IMG/VR virus record: IMGVR_UViG_3300020438_000186
Coordinates: 1-29,394 of that record
Direction: 5' to 3' (one strand)
From: a virus
Taxonomy: Duplodnaviria > Caudoviricetes
DNA: 29,394 nucleotides
Below the pieces are notes generated by a model. The model was not told the origin of the DNA. It saw only the letters and a list, made by a program, of their open reading frames with translations, and did no database searches. This document shows, one piece after another, positions 1-7,301 of this stretch (its first letter is position 1; every line of letters begins with the position of its first letter). A program made the position numbers and the translations under genes.

Positions 1-858
1 TACGACCTTATCATCTTTGATGAGGCCGCTTTGGCTGATGGAAGAGACGCCTTCAATGTTGCCCTTCGCCCCACGCTCGATAAAGATAACTCAAAAGCCA
101 TCTTCATAAGCACACCAAGGGGGAAGAATAATTGGTTTTCAGATTTTTTTCACAGGGGATATTCCGATGAATTCGTGGAATGGGCGTCTATTAGAGCTAC
201 TTATAAGGATAATCCGCGTATGTCTGAAACGGATATTGCGGAAGCTCGAAAATCAATGTCCGAGGCCGAGTTTAGACAAGAATACGAAGCTGACTTCAAT
301 ACTTATGAAGGTCAGATCTGGAACTTTAACTACGAAGACTGTACCGGTAACTTCGAAGAAATTGACACGTCCAAGATGGATGTCTTTGCAGGACTGGATG
401 TTGGCTATAGAGACCCTACGGCCTTTTGTGTAATTGCCTATGACTGGGATGAAGAGACGTTCTACTTAGTGGATGAATACTTAGATGCTGAACAAACTAC
501 AGAAAAGCATGCACAGGAAATCAGCCGCATGATTGATAAGTGGGATATAGATTATATTTATATTGATTCCGCTGCACAGCAGACCCGTTTCGACTTCGCT
601 CAGAACTATGATATATCAACAATTAACGCGAAGAAGTCAGTTTTAGATGGGATAGCACAAGTTGCAGGTATAGTAGATAATAACAAATTACTTGTTGAAC
701 AGACTTGTAAACAAACACTTTCTGCGTTAGATCAATACCAGTGGGACCCCAATCCAAATTTAATGAAAGAGAAACCGAAACACAATTACGCATCGCACAT
801 GGCCGACGCGTTAAGATATGCATTATACTCATTTGAGACTTCAGCAACAAGTTTTTAG
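1..858 (+). CDS. terL: Terminase large subunit, C-terminal part (5' end outside window)
   Basis: Frame 1 is open from base 1: YDLIIFDEAAL (Walker B), FISTPRGKNNWF (motif III/coupling), RNase H-like nuclease motifs FAGLDVGYRDPTA and HMADALRYA; lies upstream of portal. The TTG at 31 in the ORF track is not the real start. Confidence 0.95.
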   Translation, partial: YDLIIFDEAALADGRDAFNVALRPTLDKDNSKAIFISTPRGKNNWFSDFFHRGYSDEFVEWASIRATYKDNPRMSETDIAEARKSMSEAEFRQEYEADFNTYEGQIWNFNYEDCTGNFEEIDTSKMDVFAGLDVGYRDPTAFCVIAYDWDEETFYLVDEYLDAEQTTEKHAQEISRMIDKWDIDYIYIDSAAQQTRFDFAQNYDISTINAKKSVLDGIAQVAGIVDNNKLLVEQTCKQTLSALDQYQWDPNPNLMKEKPKHNYASHMADALRYALYSFETSATSF

Positions 859-869
859 GATACCTGGTC

Positions 870-909
870 AAAAATAGTTATTGACATAGTATCTTAAAGT
901 AGATATAAT
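870..909 (+). promoter_or_regulatory. Sigma70-type promoter P1 with A-tract upstream element
   Basis: AAAAATA (870-876), TTGACA (881-886), 17-bp spacer, TATAAT (904-909); intergenic between terL and the HNH gene. Confidence 0.9.
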
Positions 910-942
910 TCTCTTACTGAAAATTGGAAAATCCGAAACCCG

Positions 943-1308
943 ATGGCCGAACTAAAACGTGATATAGTAAAATATATCCGAGATAAAGCGAAGAATAAGT
1001 ACGAGAAAGGTTCGGAGTGTCATATTTGTGGAGTAGAGAATCAGCTTGATTTCCACCATTACTACACATTAGCACCTTTAGTTCATAAGTGGATTAAGAA
1101 AAATAAATTAGATCCGAAGTATATTCTCGCAATAAGAGAAGATTTTATAGAGGAACATCACGACGAGTTATATGTACACACTGTTACTCTATGTCATAAT
1201 CACCATAGACAACTTCATAAAGTATACGGTAGAGACCCTGGCTTAGGAACAGTACATAAGCAGAAGCGTTGGGTAGAGATTCAAAGAGAAAAACATGGCA
1301 TGGTATGA
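943..1308 (+). CDS. HNH-type endonuclease (position of the T5 nicking endonuclease between terminase and portal)
   Basis: CHIC...LDFHHY...TLCHNHHRQLH zinc-binding/HNH pattern; synteny with T5-like phages. Confidence 0.8.
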   Translation: MAELKRDIVKYIRDKAKNKYEKGSECHICGVENQLDFHHYYTLAPLVHKWIKKNKLDPKYILAIREDFIEEHHDELYVHTVTLCHNHHRQLHKVYGRDPGLGTVHKQKRWVEIQREKHGMV

Positions 1309-2539
1309 CAGATTCTTAAACCGAAGTGAAGAGGATATTTATGAAAAATTAAATCCTGTTCAACAGTACTTTGGAACAGAGTCACAATCGTCTCGTGAGC
1401 ACACTCAAAGTTATGAAAAGTATTATGAGACTTTAGAGATTGTTAATCGCGCAGTAAATATGGTTGTTGATGACTGTGCGGAAATACCTGCAGTAGTACA
1501 ACCTATTGGAATGTCAGGAGTTGTAAAAGGGATAAAGCGTTCAAAAGTTCAAAAACTTATAAATGAGGAACCAAACCTATTCCAAGACATCAGCTCCTTC
1601 AAGCGTAATTTAATTACTGATTATATTCTTGATGGCAATATTTTTATTTATTATGATGGTGCTCACTTCTACCATATCCCTGCCACCGATGTTACAATCC
1701 ATGCAGACCCAAAAACTTATATAAATAGGTACACATACGCGGACGTAGACTACTCCCCGAATGAGATTATACACATAAAAGAAAATTCCTTCCATGATAT
1801 ATATAGGGGAGTTTCTAGATTAAAACCTGCCGTTCGTACTATGTCTTTAATGGCAAATATGCGGCAGTTTCAAGATAATTTCTTTAAAAACGGGGCTGTG
1901 CCAGGGCTGGTTTTAAAAAGTCCTAATACTTTATCGGAGAAGATTAAGGAGCGAATGCTTCAATCTTGGCAGGTAAGATACCAACCTACAGCAGGGGGTA
2001 GACGGCCTCTAATTCTGGATGGTGGAATAGAAATAGATGCTATTTCAAATGTTAATTTTAGAGATTTAGATTTCCAGAGTTCTATAGCCGAGAATGAAAA
2101 GATTATATTAAAGGCGCTGGGAGTACCTCCAATTTTATTAGATTCAGGTAATAATGCAAATATACGTCCAAATATGAGGATGTATTATTTAGAGACAATA
2201 CTACCTATAGTACGAAAAGTTAACTTTGGACTAGAAAGATTTTTTGGTTTTAGTGTAAAGGAAGATATTACTAATATTCCTGCTCTACAGCCTGAACTAC
2301 GGGATCAATCACAATATTATTCTTCATTAGTAAATGGCGGAATTATAAGTGTAAATGAAGCACGAGAACAGTTAGGCTTTGACGCATTAGAAGGCCAAGA
2401 CGACGTAAGAGTTCCAGCAAATATTGCTGGAAGTGCTGCTAATCCTGATGAAGGTGGAAGGCCTGTTGAAGATTCAGAAGATTCAGAACCGACAAATTCA
2501 CCAGAGAACTCAGATAATTCAGAGGAGTCAAAAGAATGA
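1295..2539 (+). CDS. Portal protein (HK97-family, T5 pb7-like)
   Basis: Motifs ILDGNIFI, EIIHIKENS..YRGVSRL, FFKNGAVPGLVL, ILKALGVPPILL, GIISVNEAREQLG; 414 aa; acidic low-complexity C-terminus. Confidence 0.93.
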   Translation: MAWYDRFLNRSEEDIYEKLNPVQQYFGTESQSSREHTQSYEKYYETLEIVNRAVNMVVDDCAEIPAVVQPIGMSGVVKGIKRSKVQKLINEEPNLFQDISSFKRNLITDYILDGNIFIYYDGAHFYHIPATDVTIHADPKTYINRYTYADVDYSPNEIIHIKENSFHDIYRGVSRLKPAVRTMSLMANMRQFQDNFFKNGAVPGLVLKSPNTLSEKIKERMLQSWQVRYQPTAGGRRPLILDGGIEIDAISNVNFRDLDFQSSIAENEKIILKALGVPPILLDSGNNANIRPNMRMYYLETILPIVRKVNFGLERFFGFSVKEDITNIPALQPELRDQSQYYSSLVNGGIISVNEAREQLGFDALEGQDDVRVPANIAGSAANPDEGGRPVEDSEDSEPTNSPENSDNSEESKE

Positions 2540-2823
2540 AAAAGATAAAGCTACATGAAAAGCATAGGATGTTAGCCTTGAAATACTTTGCAGATACTTC
2601 TGTAAAGCAAGGGTATCTTATAAGCAAGGAGGAGGCACTAAAAACCAAATGGTTGGACGAGTCTTACCTTGATGATGAGGTTTGGTTCAGTTCTTGGGAT
2701 AGTATTATAGGAACCATGAAAAAAGTTTTCCCAGAAACTAAGGACCTGAAACCAAAAGCCAAAGCAGCCCCTAAAGTTGTTAAAAAGGGAAGCTCGGGAG
2801 AAGAGAATGGAAAAAGTATTTAA
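2536..2823 (+). CDS. Hypothetical protein with Lys/Pro/Ala-rich C-terminal tail
   Basis: 95-aa ORF, ATGA overlap with the portal stop, SD GAGGAG upstream; fills the gap between portal and protease. Confidence 0.7.
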   Translation: MKKIKLHEKHRMLALKYFADTSVKQGYLISKEEALKTKWLDESYLDDEVWFSSWDSIIGTMKKVFPETKDLKPKAKAAPKVVKKGSSGEENGKSI

Positions 2824-4750
2824 TTTAACCTCTACTTTTAAGTCCCATACTGATGAGGATGGAAGTATAAAAATTCGAGGTATGGCTAGTACTGCTGATT
2901 TTGATCGCGCGGGCGACTCTATTTCAGCAGATGCATGGACTAAGGGTGGGTTAAATAATTTTGAAAAGAATCCTATAATTCTTTTCAATCATGATTACAA
3001 TAGACCTATTGGAAGAGCGACGCAAGTTAAAGCTACTGATAATGGTCTTGAGTTAACAGCAAAAATTAGTAATGCGGCTAAAGATGTAGCCGAATTAGTT
3101 AAAGACGGTGTTCTTGGAGCCTTTTCTGTTGGTTTCCGAGTCAAGGACGCTGATTACTTAGAGGAAACCGACGGATTGAGAATAAAGGACGCTGAATTGT
3201 TTGAGGTATCGGTAGTATCTGTACCCTGTAACCAAACAGCTACTTTTTCACTGGCGAAGTCCTTCGACTCTATGGATGAGTACGAAGATTTCAAAAAAAC
3301 TTTCACTAATAGTGACGGGGCGCAAGTCCAAAAGGAGATAACGATGTCTGAAGAGACACAACAACCCGTTGACTTGGAAGCTTTTGCTAAAAAAGTAGCT
3401 GAGGAAACTGCTGCTAAAATTGCAATGAAGCAAGCCGAGCAAAAAGCAGCCGATGAGGCTGTACAAAAAGAAGCTGTTGAAAAAGCTGCTGCGGAAGCAG
3501 AAGCTAAAGTTCAGCAGGACGAAGAAGTCAAGACGGCTATCAAAACTGGCGTAGAGTCAGGAGCTGATCGTCTTGTAGCAGACATGCAAAAAGAATTCGA
3601 AGCTGCAAAAGCGGAAGAAATCAATGAGCTTGTTAAGAAGTATGAAGCCGACGTTAAAGAGAAGGCTGACGAACTCGAATCTATGCGTAGCCGTAAGTTT
3701 GAGTTTGGTTCTAAGAGCAAAGAGAACTTTGCTAAAGACGCTCTTCACGCTAAAGTACTTGGCGCGATTACCAAGAAAGGTTGGGATACTGACCTCGGTA
3801 AGGAAGTCATGGAAAAGCAAGGTGTAGACTTTGGTACACGAAGCTCTGCTGGTAATCTCGATATTACTGTAAGTCAACAGTTCGAAGAAGAAGTTGCACT
3901 GGAAACTCGCCTTGCCGGATTATTCCGTGAAATTCCTGTAAGTTCAGGAGCAACAGTTATGCCTTTTGCTGCAGATACTAATGCTGCAACTTTCGGTACA
4001 GCTTTTGATGTTGATACTGCTGGACAGCGTATTGACAATGGCGGAACAGATGGTCAGTGGGACGCTACTAATAACGTACTACAAACTGAGCGTTTAGCAG
4101 CAGGTACCTACATTGATAATAATGTAGATGAGACTTCTTTAGTTTCATTCCTGCCAATGATTACCTCAGCTCTTGCACGTTCCCACGCTGTAGCAATCGA
4201 TAAGATGATTCTTCTCGGTACTAGTGGTCCTACTGCTGGTATTGCAGGCGGAACTGGAGCTGACAAAGGTTCTGGTCTACAAGCATCTACAGCAGCTTGT
4301 ACTGCACAGCAAGATGGTGCACCTGCATTCGCAGACAGTATGCTTGAAATTGGTCGAGCAGCTATGGGCAAGTATGCGGTTAATCCTGCTGACATTGTTT
4401 ACGTTGTTACTATCGATGCCTACTACGATCTACTTGCACAAGACGGAAAGTTTGTGACTGTAGATAAGGCTGGCTCTGATCTCGCCACTAATATCAACGG
4501 CATGATGGGTACTATATTTGGTTCGCCACTTATTGTTTCCGCGGAAATGGTTGCTGCCAACACAAGTACTGCAGCTGCTATTATAAATACTAGCCGATAT
4601 GTTCTTGGAAGACTCAAGGGTGTTAGCATTGAAACTGATTACGAAGTTGGTAAGCAGCGAAATGTTCTGGTTGCTAGCCAGGCACTAGGATTTAAGTCAC
4701 TTGAAGGCACTTCAGGTGCTCATACCTTAACCTACGCGTCTAACGCTTAA
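2807..4750 (+). CDS. Prohead protease (HK97/U35-type) fused in frame to scaffold (delta) domain and major capsid protein, 647 aa
   Basis: ATG 2807 preceded by GGGAG. Protease motifs IILFNHDYNRPIG, GAFSVGF, ELFEVSVVSVPCN; no stop before an Ala/Glu/Lys coiled-coil region and an HK97-fold capsid region (LARSHAVAIDKMILLG, GTIFGSPLIVS). Confidence 0.88.
   Translation: MEKVFNLTSTFKSHTDEDGSIKIRGMASTADFDRAGDSISADAWTKGGLNNFEKNPIILFNHDYNRPIGRATQVKATDNGLELTAKISNAAKDVAELVKDGVLGAFSVGFRVKDADYLEETDGLRIKDAELFEVSVVSVPCNQTATFSLAKSFDSMDEYEDFKKTFTNSDGAQVQKEITMSEETQQPVDLEAFAKKVAEETAAKIAMKQAEQKAADEAVQKEAVEKAAAEAEAKVQQDEEVKTAIKTGVESGADRLVADMQKEFEAAKAEEINELVKKYEADVKEKADELESMRSRKFEFGSKSKENFAKDALHAKVLGAITKKGWDTDLGKEVMEKQGVDFGTRSSAGNLDITVSQQFEEEVALETRLAGLFREIPVSSGATVMPFAADTNAATFGTAFDVDTAGQRIDNGGTDGQWDATNNVLQTERLAAGTYIDNNVDETSLVSFLPMITSALARSHAVAIDKMILLGTSGPTAGIAGGTGADKGSGLQASTAACTAQQDGAPAFADSMLEIGRAAMGKYAVNPADIVYVVTIDAYYDLLAQDGKFVTVDKAGSDLATNINGMMGTIFGSPLIVSAEMVAANTSTAAAIINTSRYVLGRLKGVSIETDYEVGKQRNVLVASQALGFKSLEGTSGAHTLTYASNA
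3344..4750 (+). CDS. Major capsid protein precursor from internal start (468 aa, T5 pb8-like)
   Basis: AAGGAG at 3332-3337, 6 nt before an in-frame ATG at 3344 (MSEETQQPVDLEAFAKK); coiled-coil delta domain follows; size matches a T5-type capsid precursor. Confidence 0.8.
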   Translation: MSEETQQPVDLEAFAKKVAEETAAKIAMKQAEQKAADEAVQKEAVEKAAAEAEAKVQQDEEVKTAIKTGVESGADRLVADMQKEFEAAKAEEINELVKKYEADVKEKADELESMRSRKFEFGSKSKENFAKDALHAKVLGAITKKGWDTDLGKEVMEKQGVDFGTRSSAGNLDITVSQQFEEEVALETRLAGLFREIPVSSGATVMPFAADTNAATFGTAFDVDTAGQRIDNGGTDGQWDATNNVLQTERLAAGTYIDNNVDETSLVSFLPMITSALARSHAVAIDKMILLGTSGPTAGIAGGTGADKGSGLQASTAACTAQQDGAPAFADSMLEIGRAAMGKYAVNPADIVYVVTIDAYYDLLAQDGKFVTVDKAGSDLATNINGMMGTIFGSPLIVSAEMVAANTSTAAAIINTSRYVLGRLKGVSIETDYEVGKQRNVLVASQALGFKSLEGTSGAHTLTYASNA

Positions 4751-4780
4751 TAGCATTTTGATTACTTTTAGTAATCATGG

Positions 4781-4813
4781 AAACTGGGGGAGGTTCTCCT
4801 CCCTCAAGTTTTT
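4781..4813 (+). terminator. Intrinsic terminator after major capsid gene
   Basis: GGGGGAGG-TTCT-CCTCCCTC stem-loop (4786-4805), flanked by AAACT/AGTTT and followed by a T-tract. Confidence 0.8.
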
Positions 4814-4825
4814 ATTAATTGACTT

Positions 4826-5413
4826 ATGGCAGATTTAATAACATTAGCTAGTTATAAAGAGGCAGAGGGCTTGAGTACTCCAAAAGAGGACTTGAGAATT
4901 AATGCTTTAATACCTTCTGTAAGCCAATTAATAAAAACTTATTGTGGTAATAGTTTTGTAGATTTTTATTCAAGTAACAAAACAGAAACTTTTAGTATTG
5001 ATTGGAGCACTTATATTGTCCAACTTACTGAAAGTCCTGTTAATGCTATTGTAAGCGTTCAAGAACGACAATCGTACTCTGACTCTTATGCTACACTGAC
5101 AACAGGAGCGTATGAGTACGCTTTAGACAAAAATACAGATAGTGTTTTTCGCACTAGCTCTGGTAGCTACAAAAACTGGGCTCAAGGAGTAGATGCCGTT
5201 AAAGTAGTGTATACTGCAGGATATAGTGCTGTGCCAGACGATTTAAAATTAGCAGTAATTGATTTAATTACGTACTACTTGAAAGACGAACATAAAGAAA
5301 GAAGAACAATACAAGGAGCAAGCATACAAAACGCTGCCAGTTCTTCACAACGAGATAATGTGGCATTTCCAGATCACATAAAGAGAGTCTTAGACTTATA
5401 TAAGAATTTTTAA
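4826..5413 (+). CDS. Head completion / head-tail connector protein (T5 p144-like)
   Basis: MADLITLASYKEAEG start and VKVVYTAGYSAVPDDLKLAVIDLITYY, typical gp6/gp15-like connector motifs; follows capsid gene. Confidence 0.85.
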   Translation: MADLITLASYKEAEGLSTPKEDLRINALIPSVSQLIKTYCGNSFVDFYSSNKTETFSIDWSTYIVQLTESPVNAIVSVQERQSYSDSYATLTTGAYEYALDKNTDSVFRTSSGSYKNWAQGVDAVKVVYTAGYSAVPDDLKLAVIDLITYYLKDEHKERRTIQGASIQNAASSSQRDNVAFPDHIKRVLDLYKNF

Positions 5414-6786
5414 TGAGTAGTTCTTCTTTATATGCGTTCTTAGAAAAACTAGATAAGGAATTGTCAGAGGGGGCAACAAAAAACAAAGCAGCCTCCGAAG
5501 CATATAGAACACAAAAGGGGAACAAGAAAACAAGTACTCTTACTTATAGACCTAGAGAAATCACTGAGGCTATAACAAATTTGACAGAGATTCCTAAAAA
5601 GTTAAGAAAGAAGTATGATGATCTCGTAGCGGGTTTAACTGCTGATATAAGAATTCTTTTTAAGAAAAAAGCGGTAGAAGTAAATACGAAGAATCCGGGC
5701 GATGCTAAAGTACGAGGTAATAAACATTCTGTTTCTATAAGAATTATAAAAAGGGGTCAAAGAGATAATTACACTCTGTTAAAAAAGACCTATGAAGATA
5801 GATTAGATGAATTTTATACGGCTTTTCTTACTCTTATAAATGCGCCGGGCGGTTTAAAAAGATACAGTGATTCTGCGGGCGGAGAAGTAACACTAACTAG
5901 AGGAAAAGTATGGGGGCAGACGCATGAAGGCGGTGCTAATATTTTTCATATGATGAATGACGCAGTATACGCAGCTATTCAGCATACAGTTCAGGGGGCA
6001 CAAGACCCTTCTGGTACAGAGATAGCAAAAGATTTAGCAAATCTAAAAAGAGCAGACGCACAAATTATTTTAGACATAATGAAAGACGGCCCTAAAGAAG
6101 AAGTAAATATGGGAATCTCTAGTGCTCTTATCAACTCACAACAAGGCGGGGGTATAAAAGAGCAAGGTGCAAAAGCAAATCTAGATGCTGCTATAAAGTC
6201 CTTAAAGCCTTTTATTCTCGCCACTGAAGGCTCGGATAGTTTATTAACGGGACGAAGAAAAAAGATAATTAAAGAGATAGTTAAGCCTTTTAAAAATAAA
6301 AAAGGAATTAAAGTTAAGCATGAAAATATCAAAATTAATCAGAATAAGAGCAAGGTAAATTTAGTAAAAAAGCCCGGTAAAACTATTGTAGAAAAAGGTG
6401 CGGCTCTTTCCGTAATGGGTAAAAAGGCAGTAAAACGACAGGAAAAACGGAAAGCAACAACCTCAGGAATGAGTTTAGCAAATATACTAGGAGTTCTAAA
6501 TAACCAACTACCCAAAACAGTAGCTAATAACATGGGTAGTCCTAGACTTGAAAACCAGACAGGAAGATTTGCTCAAAGTGTGCGGGCTATAGATGTAACA
6601 AACACTGCGCAAGGATTTCCTAGTATTGGATATACTTATATGAGAGATCGGTATGGGCCTTATGAAAGTACAAGCGGATCTAGGTTTGCAGATGTAGATA
6701 GAGATCCTAGACCATTGATCGATCAATCAATAAGAGAGATAGTAATAGGCTTTGGTTTAGGAAGACTTTATACTAGGAGATTATAA
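5413..6786 (+). CDS. Tail completion / neck protein (T5 p143-like), extended and Lys-rich
   Basis: TAATG overlap with the preceding gene; C-terminal LENQTGRFAQSV...YTYMRDRY...RDPRPLIDQSIREI resembles p143-type proteins; synteny. Confidence 0.7.
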   Translation: MSSSSLYAFLEKLDKELSEGATKNKAASEAYRTQKGNKKTSTLTYRPREITEAITNLTEIPKKLRKKYDDLVAGLTADIRILFKKKAVEVNTKNPGDAKVRGNKHSVSIRIIKRGQRDNYTLLKKTYEDRLDEFYTAFLTLINAPGGLKRYSDSAGGEVTLTRGKVWGQTHEGGANIFHMMNDAVYAAIQHTVQGAQDPSGTEIAKDLANLKRADAQIILDIMKDGPKEEVNMGISSALINSQQGGGIKEQGAKANLDAAIKSLKPFILATEGSDSLLTGRRKKIIKEIVKPFKNKKGIKVKHENIKINQNKSKVNLVKKPGKTIVEKGAALSVMGKKAVKRQEKRKATTSGMSLANILGVLNNQLPKTVANNMGSPRLENQTGRFAQSVRAIDVTNTAQGFPSIGYTYMRDRYGPYESTSGSRFADVDRDPRPLIDQSIREIVIGFGLGRLYTRRL

Positions 6787-7238
6787 TGACCGCAAGAACG
6801 TATGCTTCAAGAAGAAAACGAATTGTTGACGGTCTTGTTACTAAGTTAAAAACAATAAATGGTCAAGGGGCTTTTTTAAGTGATGTTGGAGAGAACGTAC
6901 ATCCAACACTAAAATTTTGGGATGAAGTAGATGAATTTCCCGCACTTCATTGTAATGCTGGAAGCGAGACGAGAGAGTATCGAACAGCAGGAGTACGGGA
7001 CAGATTTCTTTCAATAACAATTCGATGTTATGTGCAGGAAGAAGATGCACAAGAAGCATTGAATGAGTTAATGGAAGATGTCGAAACAGTTATTGAAGAC
7101 AACTCAAGATTAGAGTATAGTGACAAAATGAATAATGTTTACCATACTCAACAGATTACCATTGTCAGTATTGATACTGATGAAGGTGTACTTGAACCTT
7201 TAGGAGTAGGTGAAATGCTAATAGAGGTTCGTTACTAA
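6786..7238 (+). CDS. Tail terminator protein (T5 p142-like)
   Basis: 150 aa, TAATG overlap; FWDEVDEFPAL, ITIVSIDTDEGVLEPLGVGEMLIEVRY; immediately precedes tail tube gene. Confidence 0.82.
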   Translation: MTARTYASRRKRIVDGLVTKLKTINGQGAFLSDVGENVHPTLKFWDEVDEFPALHCNAGSETREYRTAGVRDRFLSITIRCYVQEEDAQEALNELMEDVETVIEDNSRLEYSDKMNNVYHTQQITIVSIDTDEGVLEPLGVGEMLIEVRY

Positions 7239-7279
7239 GAAAATTCTGACACGAATAAAAATTCACGATCAGTCTTTTC
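7239..7279 (+). promoter_or_regulatory. Imperfect stem-loop in the 5' leader of the tail tube gene
   Basis: GAAAA..CTGA...GAAT-AAAA-ATTC....TCAG..TTTTC nested complementary blocks; SD GGGAG downstream is left free. Confidence 0.4.
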
Positions 7280-7301
7280 AAGTTCATAGTGGGAGATAAC
7301 T

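Noticed and set aside
2777-2806. TTG start at 2777 for the protease-capsid ORF
   Set aside because: ATG 2807 has a GGGAG SD at 6 nt and gives a typical protease N-terminus; the upstream 10 codons overlap the preceding gene.
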